In this document: positions 26,715 through 38,400 of the stretch, one piece after another
Layout of the letters: every line of letters starts with the position of its first letter
Position numbering within the stretch: position 1 is the stretch's first letter
Assembly (NCBI GenBank): GCA_002104905.1
Contig: MCFE01000363.1
Coordinates: 23,270 to 87,269, forward strand
DNA from: Basidiobolus meristosporus CBS 931.73
Lineage: Eukaryota; Fungi; Basidiobolomycota
Direction: 5' to 3'
Length of the DNA: 64,000 nt
Made by a program: the position numbers and the translations under genes
Notes under the pieces: generated by a model
What the model saw: the letters and a program-made list of their open reading frames with translations, nothing else
What the model was told of the DNA's origin: nothing
Databases searched by the model: none

Positions 26715-27801
26715 ATGGGAAATCGCTTACTGCAAATTAAACTTATAGAGCCATGCCTTACCATGCATGGCTCCTCAGAGGATTCCACTGGCTGTGTTCT
26801 CCGGGGCACCGTAGTTCTAAACCTCAAGAAGCCGCTCAAAGTGAGGTCAATTGGGCTCCGTCTAAAAGGAGCGGTAAATTTCAAACTCGCATCAGGTATA
26901 GTTTCACTACCGTCTAGCTCTTGACCTGGCCTTGGGTACTAACATATTTGCCCGGACAGATTTATGCCGTAAAAAGGAAACCATCATTAAATACAAGTGG
27001 AGTATCCTTAAGCCTTCCGACCACATATATACACTTGGGTGCAAGAGCCACCTGTTCGATTTCGAGATACCGCTTGGTGGAGATCTACCAGAAAGCGTAA
27101 AGACAACTCATGGAAGTATCTCTTATAAATTGACCGCCTGGGTAGAGCGACCAGGTTTCAATCACGATATTAAGACGAGCATACCGATTATGATCCAGCG
27201 GCTGCTCTCACCACTTTCATGTAGTTATCAGGATCCACCAACAACATCAATCTCTGGGGTCTGGGCTTCGCGGTTCTTCTATGAAGCAGACATTCCCAAT
27301 TACCTCTATTCTCCTGGCGAGAGTATTCCTGTGGTGTTCAAGTTTGATTCCTTGGACACTTTTGTCCAGGTGGAAAAGGTGATCTTGGATGTGGTGGAGT
27401 ACACTGTATATAAGCGGGCTATAGAAAATCCTTTTGTGCAGAACACCCAGTATTGCAACACCATCCAAGAGTTTGCGGAACCTATGGGGACGAGCTGGTC
27501 AACCTCTTTTAAACTGCCCCTACCACAAACAATTCAACTGGATTGCGAGACGAAGTATATCGAGGTCAACCACATTCTCCTAGCTCGGCTGTTCCTTAGC
27601 ACAGCGGAAGGGTGCACTGTGGAGTCCTTCCAACTTCATTTTCCTATCATGATACGCCCAAATGGAGAAACACAAACCCTTACGGATGTTCCTCCACCAG
27701 ACTATAGCCATTTCGCCCCACCCATCTACGATGGAGCAAATTGTGCACCAACGCTTGCACCAATGCATCAAGCCTCCCAGTATGAAATATGTAGCTATTG
27801 A
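26715..27801 (+). CDS. Alpha-arrestin (ART/Rod1-like ubiquitin ligase adaptor), ~340 aa, 2 exons (26715-26895, 26960-27801)
   Basis: Arrestin_N: LRGTVVLNLKKPLKVRSIGLRLKG, FDFEIPLGGDLPES, GSISYKLTA. Arrestin_C: YSPGESIPV, IEVNHIL. C-terminal PPPDY and PPIY PY motifs. Confidence 0.92.
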
Positions 27802-27919
27802 TGTGAGCAAATGATGAAAACCATGTCAAGTGGAATACTTGGACCCCCCCCATCAGGTTGATTTTTAGCATTTTCTATTTTTGTAATATAGCATTCTGCT
27901 CGTCATGTATACATTTGAT

Positions 27920-28700
27920 CAGTTCCTACTCCAAACTCAGGATCGACTGCAGCCACCACAAAACCCTCAAACCGCGAAAATTACATGCGTAAATAAACCC
28001 GAGCCATGGCTGTTGCAAGAGATCGGTGCCACAGAACTGGCAAGCACATGTTGAGGGAGTAGGGAATCTCCAATACTCGCTGTGCAGCATTAAAAGAAAT
28101 GGGTTGAATAGGGATTCGTTTAATGAGTGGCCACGGTGCAATTCATCCAATAGGCCACGAGGCAGCCAACTTCACACGATACCGCCGAATTAGTTTCAAA
28201 AATTCGAACACTTCCATTGACACCGTGCAACCTTGGGAAAGTTCCATGTTCGAGGTATCGACGAAGCACCGCCAGTAAGCCGCCTCAAATCGGTTTCCCG
28301 GATGACATACAAACAATGAATCCCAAAGCGTGTCCGGGATTATCTCACCGCAAAACCGTTCACACCGTCGCTGAGAGCTTCTCTGCGGTGCAAGGAAGCT
28401 CATCTACTGGTTGGATTGGTGTAGATAGCCTGATGTCTGCTGCAGATAGGTTTCAGATGGACCGGCTCTCTCCGTACTTGATGCGGATGATAGCCCGGCA
28501 TGGCATCCCAGCACCACCACCTGGCTAGCCTTGCTGATGAAATTCCGGAAATGAGTGTTGCATGGTGGTAGTACTGATCCCGAATGGATCCAACGCCGAT
28601 GGGTAAAATCAATATCTGGCGTGGCGGATCATGAACACGATCTTGATTGGAGTCTGTGTTGCTTCCCATTCCGGTCGCTTTTCAGACACAGACCTCCACC
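27920..28700 (-). mobile_element. Degenerate non-LTR (L1/Tx1-like) retrotransposon 3' region
   Basis: Minus-strand pieces appear in LINE order across frameshifts: ILILPIGVGSIRDQ (cf. LPKxxGGLGIRD), TLWDSLF...AAYWRCF (cf. WxxIW...FLWR) and PTPSTCACQFCG...FIYACNF (zf-RVT-like). Confidence 0.5.
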
Positions 28701-28934
28701 CACACCCGAGGGATGCCCCGAGTGTTTGGTAAATAGCCGGATTTCCTCAGTCCGCTGGTGAATTTCAGGTTCATCAAACCCATATTCCGAACTAGCCTAT
28801 CTCGAGGCCATCAAAGTGCTGGCATGGAATTCCACATGTGTGCTATGATGTTGATTCTAGGCCGGGGAAGTGTGTATTAAACAACTACTGGCAACACTAG
28901 GTATTGAGCATCTAACTGTACGTCTGGCAAGTAT

Positions 28935-29200
28935 TTACTGCATAGTATGATTTTGTATATTCTTTGGGGAAAAACTTGAAAATCCTAATTCTGGTTCATA
29001 ATACCAATGTGTTGGATGTAGTTCCTTAGTTATATAGGGTAGGAATAACTTGTCCCAAGAGAACTTCAGTAGTTGTGCATTGGAATGGTGTCCCCAGTAC
29101 ATTATTTTAGCTTGCCTAGAGCTCCAAATTTCATATATCGCAGACAACAATGATTACCAACCTGTGATAGAAATTGTGAGCTGTTGGGTGATTTACTGAT
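28935..29200 (-). mobile_element. Second LINE ORF2 C-terminal fragment
   Basis: LSAIYEIWSSRQAKIMY resembles the ..IYxIWxxRNxxIF motif at LINE ORF2 ends. The match is short. Confidence 0.35.
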
Positions 29201-29524
29201 ATTTCGTATCCAAATTTTCAAACCTTCAATAAACCGCTTAATCTATGTGCACATTACCTACAATACTCATACAACTGTATTTATGCTCCCTTCATAGTCA
29301 TGACCTGCATATGATCCTGATTTATCAAATCAATAACAAAATATACAACACTAACTGGCACTGTGATCAATGACACATTGGAACATGTCTAATATTGTAC
29401 AAACTAAAGCTTCAGTAAATAGTGTATGATATAGTAATAAGTAGAGTGGAGTATCTGGGCATATGACTGATTTAGGTACAATCAGAATGCACATAGCACT
29501 CCCACTCAGCTAAATTATACATGT

Positions 29525-29856
29525 TGTTGTAAAAATTCGTATTTCCACCTAAATATTCACCTAACTTAGTCACTTAGATCATTACCTTCATATCCTAGAG
29601 AATACTGACCAAATTCCTTGCCGGGATTTACTTAGAATATTTACCCAGAACATGAAAATTAGATAAGTTGTCCAAACAGCCCCAAACTTTGGACACATGT
29701 TCTTGGGACCTTCCTTAACCTATTCTATGTGTGTGTAATGCCAAGACCATGTAAAAGTATAAATACAACTTTTACAATCAATAAATCATCAAGTGAAAAC
29801 CACATAATCTACTTGTCCTCCCAATCACTTCCAATATCTCCAAGACTCTTACAACA
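29525..29856 (+). mobile_element. Solo LTR (332 bp) of the copia family, with 5-bp TSD CATGT
   Basis: TGTTG...CAACA termini. Closely similar along its whole length to the LTR at 61536-61865. CATGT at 29520-29524 and 29857-29861. No PBS follows. Confidence 0.93.
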
Positions 29857-30852
29857 CATGTAATGTGGTATATACTACTTACAGTTACATGTGTGTAATT
29901 AACTAACCATTATAACCATAGGCTCATACTAAACTGATGTACTATTCTCTTAGCTCTAAGCTTGCATGAAAGGTTTACTATTACATATACTCTTAATATA
30001 CCTGCTAGAAATTATGACAACATGTCCCTGCAAAAAAATAAACAAGAGGCCTGTAGAATACTATTGTGATATCAGCTGAATTCTAAATATATCTAAGTTT
30101 ACAACTCTCTATATGTCAGGTATTTGCTATATAGTGGAAATTCACACATATTTTCTCAGGAGGAAACTAGGCCAGATAGCATTCATGCTAAACTTGGTTA
30201 CAAGTTAGTCACTACTTCCACTAAGCATTACAACAAAAAATATAAGCAAAACCGCCAGCTGAGTGCCAAAAAATATTATCTAAATACTAACAGAATAGCA
30301 ATAGATTATAAGATGAGTTATCAGTATTGGATATCTTATAGAGTACATTGATATCAGCCTACAACTATCTAGATTAAAACTGTTGCATGAGCTTTGGATA
30401 TATTGGAGGTCATTGGGAGAATAAGTAGATTTTGTGTGGAGGTAGAAAAGTGTAACACCATTTGGTGAATTTATGTGGTAGCATTAAACTTGTTCTGCTG
30501 AATAGTGTCACATTGTGCCACAAGTGCCAAATAGTGCTACAGTGTGCCAGTGGAGCAGAGCAGACCTATACCTAGTCACACATTGTGAAACATAGTTTTA
30601 GATCTATATGCAATGTAGCCATTGTGTTACATCAGCCATAGTGGAGAAAAATCATTTTTTTGACTTTTTTTGGGGTTAACAGTGGGCTCAATATGCCAAA
30701 GCATAGCAGAACTGAAGGCATGCATTCAGTACTTACTCATGCCCAAAGTCTAGATGCCAGGGCTCTCAGTAGACCACAAAAATGCATGGCACTATCTTGG
30801 TCCACTAGTACTATCTAGCACTATGAAAAGGTATAAGTCCTAGAGTAATACT

Positions 30853-31201
30853 TGTTGCAATATTCTGAGGAGTATTGGAAGTGATGTGGAGAACTAGAGG
30901 ATTTACATGTTATTCACTTGTAGATTTATTGATCAAAAGTATGGTATTTATACTTTTGATAAAGTAGAGGAAACAAACGTGTAGAGTTTGTTAAGGAAGG
31001 TCCCAAGAATACGTGTGCAAAGTTTGGGGTCTTTTGGACAACTTTGAGAAAAATAATAATCTGGGTACCTGACAATTTGGTGAAAATATTCTAAGTAAAT
31101 CCCGACAAGAAATCTAGTCAGGACAGAATGCTAATCACAGAATAAGATCTATGTGACTAAGTTAGCATGAATATTTAGGTGACAATTCAATAATTACAAC
31201 A
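30853..31201 (-). repeat. 3' LTR of the non-autonomous element
   Basis: TG...CA termini. Preceded on the minus strand by the purine-rich tract AGTGGGAG (31202-31209). Confidence 0.93.
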
Positions 31202-31540
31202 CTCCCACTCAACAAAATATTCATGAGTAATAAATACATATAGTGAGTGTGCAATCTGTAATAAGCGTATAAGATTTAACTGTTTTGCATACTGGACTAA
31301 TATATTATCCAAAGGTGTATGCATTTGTGTTCAACTTAATAGAACAAGTAACTTGGAATTCAGTATGCATATCTACTTAGTAATATGCCTAAAAATCTGA
31401 ATGATCTGATCATAATACTAATCATCAGCTTTGATCAGTTGTACGGGCTTGAATAATAAGCTGAGTCTAATTGACAGATCGTAATAATGGTATATAGCCT
31501 CTGGGCTATCCAATGCTTCTTATTTGAGCAAAATTGACCC

Positions 31541-31765
31541 ACTTTTGGTCAAGTTAAGGTTTTGTCATTTACGGCAGATCTGGAGTTTCCTTATTTCCGG
31601 CCAACAGTCTAATCCATTTAGACAACTTCACTGTGTGTCCATATTAGGCTCAGGGACAGTTACTTCCATCATATAGATGCTATATGAGGTAAAAATAGTG
31701 ACCTACTTTGGGTCAGGTTAAGGTTTTGTCATTTACGCCTGATCCGGATTATCCTTGTTTCCTGG
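31541..31765. repeat. Imperfect ~60-bp direct repeat pair (31541-31600 and 31705-31765) inside the non-autonomous element
   Basis: acttttggtcaagttaaggttttgtcatttacggcagatctggagtttccttatttcc vs actttgggtcaggttaaggttttgtcatttacgcctgatccggattatccttgtttcc. Confidence 0.8.
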
Positions 31766-33805
31766 CACTGTGGCACATATAACATGGCCAAAAAAAGAAG
31801 GTTTTTGCTCAACTCTGAGCTGGGATGGCCTGCTCCCACTTGAACCACGTCTGTTTAGTGATTTAGATCCACAAATATGATCTAGAATGGTCATCTTTGT
31901 CTTCTTTAAATAGCAATAACTTTCTTTGGACTGATTACTTCATATGCGGTAGATCCAAAGTCCATTTGCTTCTTGATTTACCCAGTTTGGTATTGGACAA
32001 CACCATGGGTTGTTTGGTAGCTATTCTTAGAGTGCTTCTACTGATTTGGATTGATACAGCTGCTTTTGTCTTATCAGAATATACTTGTAGAATAGAGATT
32101 GGCGCTTTTCCAGAAGTGAGATTCTCCTTAACAAGGGCTTTGATTATCCTTATTCTCCTGATAGTTATTTTCAACCTTGAGCTCGGTTTCCAAGGCTAAC
32201 TGATCTTCTCAGTGTCTTCAGAATTCATAAAAACCATCTGGTTGATCCTTGCACCTTTTTCTTTCAGCTCCATAGACAGCAGACATCAAGACTTCTGCAC
32301 TAAATAATCTGTTCCAATATATACTACAATATCTAACAGATCCTGTTGAAGTTTCAAGGCTCTTCTGGGGTTTCTAGCTTGAGAACTTCGTACAAGAGGC
32401 TCCATAGAACATATCTGCATTGCCAGATAGTCCAAATATGGCCTACATAAGTTTTGGCACCATTTGGGAAGTACCCTAGTTTGCGGTAGTAGTATTTTCC
32501 ATTTTTTCTTCTTTTCTTTTTCTGCTGATGACCCAGGGATAATTCCTTTTGTGGGGTGGTTCTGGACTTCCTTGCAGGTGGGACCACGGTGTTTTTGAGC
32601 ACAAGAGTCTCCATGACATCATTGTTCCAGAATATCTGACTATTTGAGAGTGAAATAATCAAAATCGGCATCCACTTAGATCATTCATAACTTTTGATAG
32701 AGTTGACCAAATTTGATCAAATAAACTGCATTTGATAGCTAGCTTCATCAATACTTCGGTATCAGACTCCAATATATCAGTATTTTTGAGTTGCAGAACT
32801 TGGCGGTGACTTGATCAATCAAAATTCTTCTGATCTGATCCAGAGAAGTTAAATATCACCAAGTGTTTTCTCCCACTGTAATAAGTGATATATATATAAC
32901 AAGTATAAAGTACTATGTTATCTTCTGAGTGGCTCTTAGCTGTGTACTGACCAACTGTTGCTTGGTTGTATACTCCAATCAGGCTTGCAATTATATGCTT
33001 CACTCCTTTGGCTGGCGGTAAAATCTTCATTAGTTGATTTTGCTAAATTTGTATAATACTTTCTCCCACTGTTTTGAGACTTAAACAGAGTGATAGCACG
33101 TCTAACAGCTCCATATTTAGCTCCTGGTACACTGGTTTCAGTATCAAAACACTTGATACAATTATAGCATTCTTCTAATGGATTGTGTAGTACATATCCG
33201 TACTCCAGGTGGATATATATGTATTATATATCATTGGGATCCTTACAATTCAGGAAGCTTGTTTCTGAGATCTTTTTCCATCTGTAGATAGTACAGAATG
33301 GCGGCTAACAGCTCCAGTATTTGCATTCTCAGCTGTATTTTGAGTGGCAACAGATTTTTGGTAAAATCCTCCTCCGGCAATCATTTAATAATGATCTATT
33401 TTTTTTTTTTTTGCAATTCAGGATAATATCCTATCCAAGAGCTCGTCTAACAGTCAATTGGGGTCATATGAATACATATTGCAGTATATTTCATTGTAGA
33501 TCTGGACCCTCAATTGCTGGAATTACGCAATTTTCTTCAGTAGTGGTAGAGCACCAACATACTATATTTCTTGACACAATTACATGCCAGTTTGATTGAC
33601 TCTTCTTCATAACTAACTTGGATAGTTACTGAAGGCATCTTTTGAAGGCAAGGCCTTCTTCTCCACAGCAATATCCTCATAAACATAGTCCTTTAGCAGC
33701 GGTAGTCTTCTTTAACCTTAGCGGAGCAATAGTGCGGAAAGTCTTTCTCCAGACTAGCAGAAAAGGATCCAAAGCATAGTAGACACCAAGAGGACAGCAA
33801 GCTCG

Positions 33806-33817
33806 GGGCTCATAACC
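33806..33817 (-). promoter_or_regulatory. Primer-binding site GGTTATGAGCCC (complementary to the initiator tRNA-Met anticodon arm; half-tRNA priming)
   Basis: Directly abuts the 5' LTR and is identical to the PBS at 61866-61877. Confidence 0.9.
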
Positions 33818-34166
33818 TGTTGCAATATTCTGAGGAGTATTGGAAGTGATGTGGAGAACTAGAGGATTTACATGTTATTCACTTGTAGATTTATTGATCA
33901 AAAGTATGGTATTTATACTTTTGATAAAGTAGAGGAAACAAACGTGTAGAGTTTGTTAAGTAAGGTCCCAAGAATACGTGTGCAAAGTTTGGGGTCCTTT
34001 GGACAACTTTGAGAAAAATAATAATCTGGGTACCTGACAATTTGGTGAAAATATTCTAAGTAAATCCCGACAAGAAATCTAGTCAGGACAGAATGCTAAT
34101 CACAGAATAAGATCTATGTGACTAAGTTAGCATGAATATTTAGGTGACAATTCAATAATTACAACA
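33818..34166 (-). repeat. 5' LTR of the non-autonomous element
   Basis: Near-identical to 30853-31201; followed by the PBS. Confidence 0.93.
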
Positions 34167-34177
34167 ATACTCACATG

Positions 34178-34525
34178 TGTAGTGAGAGTCCTGAATATAT
34201 TGGAAGTGATTGGGAGAACAAGTGGATTATGTGGTTTTCACTTAAGGAATAATTGAATGTAGAAGTGATATTTATACTTCTATATAGTCTTGGCAGAAAA
34301 AACCCTTTGTATAGGCTTAGAAAGGTCCTAAGAGCATGTGTGTAAAGTTTAGGGCTTTTTGGGCAACTTTCAGAAATCTCATGCTCAGGGTACCTGATTT
34401 ATAGTAAAAATATTCCATGCAATTCCCAAAAAGGAATTTGGTCAGAGTTTACTAAGATTTGTAGGTAATGATCTAAGTGACTCAGTTAGGGGAATGTTTA
34501 GGTACAATTACAAATCTTTACAACA
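34178..34525 (-). mobile_element. Older, diverged solo LTR of the same family
   Basis: Collinear with the family LTR (atattggaagtgattgggagaacaagtggattatgtggttttcac ... gtaatgatctaagtgactcagttagg ... tttacaaca). No clean TSD. Confidence 0.85.
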
Positions 34526-35361
34526 TGCTGTTGCCCTCAAATCTTGTGCATATCCTGCTGGAACCTTATTGTCAGCAATCACAGATATTTCAAGCTAAGA
34601 TTATGTAAATGAAGCAATATCAATTTTGCACTTTATATATCATTAAGCGCAAGAAACATAGTCCCCCTATTCTCCCAGTCACTTACAATGTGGTCAGGAC
34701 TCTCAAAACAGAAAACAATGATAACTTTCATACCTTCACTGATTAGAAGAATTGGTCAATATCTTGCCATCCAAATCTCAAGTGAACAATCCATTGCTTG
34801 GCAATAAGTCACAATGAGTCCCAAGGTATTCAAGTAGTGGCAGCAACAGCTTAGCATGTATAACAGTAGGCTATGTTCTTTGTTTGGAATGGAAAATACT
34901 GTGCAAACTCATTGCTGCAAATCCAGTGTAATAATCCAGGAGGCTTATGATACCTTAGTCTGATAAATAATAGTTGAGGCTCCTAGCCTTCTAAAGGAAT
35001 GACCAGTTTGCATACTGAAAGGTGCCTAAGTGACATTCAGGACAAACATAGTAGGAATCAGCTACATAGGCACATATATATTGATATCTGATGAATCAGC
35101 ATGCAATGTGAGGAAGAAGCAATAGCCATTAACAAATTGGAAAGTCTGAGTATACTGTGTATTTGCAACCAGTAGAAAAAGAAGAGACATAGGACCCATT
35201 AGTAGGGACTTAGGGAGCATCAGTTCTGGGATTTGCAATCAAGGTTTTTGAATGCCAATTAAGCAATCATATTGTGATAATACTCTCAGTATATGTCAAA
35301 GTGTCTGTGCCTTTAAAACACGGAATCTGAGCTCTGTGATGGTATTTTGATAAGTTCCATA

Positions 35362-35420
35362 TGTTGTAGTATATATGGAGTACTGGAAGTGATCTGGAGC
35401 ACTACAGGATTCTTACCAAA
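35362..35420 (-). repeat. Short diverged LTR-end fragment
   Basis: tgttgtagtatatatggagtactggaagtgatctggagcactacagg resembles the family LTR terminus tgttgcaatattctgaggagtattggaagtgatgtggagaactagagg. Confidence 0.5.
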
Positions 35421-38400
35421 TACCATTACTTTTATCAGGAGTTCTAAAATAGTATATCAAGGTTAATCAAGTGGTGCACATATAAAACATGTTGTGAGAG
35501 TGGTCTCAGGAAGTGACTTGGGGGCCTTTGGGTAAGCTTGGGGCGCCTCAATAACTTCCACGCTTCAATTAATGCTTCAGTTATCTAGCATCTTACCAGC
35601 CAAATCCTAAGCAAATAGCCTGTAGCCTAGTAATCAGCAGAAACAAATTTTGAGGTATATGAATAATCTGGCTATATATTGATAACAATAAAGAAGTCAG
35701 TGATGTGCCAACTAAAAAGACTGTCTGTTGGTTGGAGTATATAGCTGTAATGGTAACTGACATGATAGTACAGAGTTCAGCTAATGACAAAAAATACCCC
35801 CGGAGGTGTTGTGCACATTTTAGAGTTTTCTGGATGAGCTCAAAAATCTCAACAATCTTTGGGACTTCACTAATTGAAAGAACTATTGTATATAGTAAAA
35901 CTAAATCAGAAATAACTCGTAGTTTAGCTATACACTCAAAAAAAATCTTAGAGTATATGAATAGTTTAGGCGAAAATTAAATAGTAAAGAATCTCATCCT
36001 AATGATGGTATAAATTTTGTATTGCTTTGGAAAGCTAGTAAGTGGCTTATTTTTCATATTTTGCCTAGGAATAGTGTATATTATAGCCAATACATTTCAT
36101 GCAGTATTACGCTTAAAGGTGGACCTTAATTCGCACTTCTGAAATGCTGTATGTTTAATCCAATTTAGGTTTTGTCCGATTTTCATATGGTATTCTGATA
36201 GTGTCTATCAGTAATTTCTGAAGGGATGTTTAGAGTTAATCCGATTTCCGACATTTGAGATCCGTCTGTAAGCTTTCATCTTTAAGCATAGTAATAATAC
36301 CCTGAATTTCCAAACATTGTAGCTCTGGACTTTCACGGTATAACTTTAACAATGGAGATATACTGAGCTATATTTATTTCATATTAGTAAGTAGGCAATA
36401 CGGGCAAGGGCTCATATAGTATAAATTTCCAAACAACTATATTGCGAGCACTGAAAATGCCAATGAAATTGGCGGCATTATCCAAAAATGAAATTGCAGC
36501 ATGGTTTTCACAATCCATTAGAGGTTTATGTTCGAAGTGAGTGAAGAGAACCAAAAATATATACAAACCAATATAAATTTTAATAGTGCTCGAGAATTCA
36601 ATAATTACGAACAATCGTTCATATGGGAATTCAATTCAACCTTCAGATGATTCAGAAGTACATTTTGAGCTAACAAACTGTATTGTTGATCATTGGGAGG
36701 TGCGAGAATGTAAAGGTAAACACTGTCCCGACCTTGGTTGGGAACTGAGAACCCGGCATATTCTACATTCTATATCATGTTTAACATATGGCAATTAGTA
36801 CCGCTTATTATTAATGCTTTCCCATTATGAGGAAGGTGAAGGCAGAGGTATTGTACAGATTTACAACACCTTTGCTGATATCTACGCATAAGCATACATT
36901 TTTCAATGCCTAAGCCAATAGCCGATGGAATGCCCGGTGGCTGGCTCAGAAAACCCATAGACCTGCGGGTATGATTCCGTATTTTTGAACCTTTGAAGCT
37001 CTTCAAACTGACATACTCTTATGCTCACTTCAACAGGTGAATCAGATAGCAGCACACATGAGCTCGCAAGTCCTAAATATATCTTTTGCACCAGACTCCA
37101 GATCTTTTCCCCTTGAGAATTTCGTTGTACAAATACCTTCTGCTGGTAAAAACTATCATTTTTTTTGGCTGCGGTTGACAAAGAAATTCCGATTTAGTGA
37201 GAAATCATTGCTTTTACCAATCATATGGAATTTTGCAGTGCATCTGTTTGCTAGATCTATGTATGCTGCAAATAGCGCAAGAGTTTTACCATAGACATGG
37301 CGAATATTGGGGGTTTGTGGTACAAACGGTAGCTTTCTGCAAAGAAGTTAATTAGCATGGCTTTCAGAATATTTCTGAATTGATGGGAAGGTTGGCCCAA
37401 CAGCATCTAGCACAAAGTCATCATTTTCAAATATTATCCGCGCCTCAGAAATTTGATGCTATTTATGGACTGACGTCAGACGCATCTTGGCCTGTATGCT
37501 TGCAGCTCATATTATAGCTGAGTAGATGATATTGGGCATAGTACGGAATTAAAAGTAATACTTGGTTTGTATTTCTTTCCTTCGAGCCGAGCGCCTTCGC
37601 TATACATAACCGCTGGCCTGTGGCACAAAAATGCTCAGAAATGTATTACTGCGACTGGGGTACTCTCTTGCTATTTGCACTTTGGATTAAAGCGGCCTAA
37701 TGATCTCACTGGGCACTATACCCTTGCTGGCAATAAATCGCCCGCAAGGGATTGAATGGAAATTTTACAGTCTTTTGAATCTACAGCAATCCGGTCTTAA
37801 GCTAATAGAAACAATTCCGCCGAATATGCTTAGATATCAGCCCAGGTTGATGCATATGAAAACGATGTTCTACCATACATATGCTGCAATCTTGTATAAG
37901 ATAGATGCAGAAGCAAGAGGCCCGTTGCGAGATCTTCATATATGTGTACCAACAGATAGGAGATGTCCGGATAAGTCGGAAAGCTTGCATCTTTGAGGCG
38001 TTACTTCGAATCAAATGACACATGCCGAATGATTCGTAAGGATCTCTCGGATGGTTTCTGACTAATATCAATGTACGATTAGGTAATTTTCCCCTCACTT
38101 TCAACAGATAGTAAGCGCTTTTGGACTTGGGGAAGCCTTTTGAAATGTGAACTTTGTGATTCACGTAAAATTCCGCATTAAATTGTTCTGCAACATATGG
38201 AAATATCAATGTGAAACCTTGATATTGTCGCCTGATCTTCAGTTAAAGCCCAAACTCTGGAAATTCTGGGTTGGGATTTACGAACAGTGCAGTAACCAAT
38301 TTAGGCTGCAGGTTTCATTTGGCCACTTCATGGAGATATGGTATCTCATCTCCTTAATCCATGTCTGTGCTTCCGTTAACAATCTCCTGGAGGTTGCAAG

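Larger units (their letters stand above)
30853..34166 (-). mobile_element. Non-autonomous Ty1/copia-family LTR retrotransposon (3314 bp; LARD-like), TSD ATACT
   Basis: Two 349-bp LTRs (30853-31201, 33818-34166) with 2 mismatches by eye. ATACT at 30848-30852 and 34167-34171. PBS at 33806-33817 and PPT next to 31201. The interior has only short broken ORFs, with no integrase or RT motifs. Confidence 0.93.

Noticed and set aside
29525-34525. Regularly recurring repeats that could be mistaken for a CRISPR or satellite array
   Set aside because: The repeats are 330-350-bp LTRs with TG..CA ends, PBS/PPT and TSDs. There is no short repeat-spacer periodicity and no cas genes.
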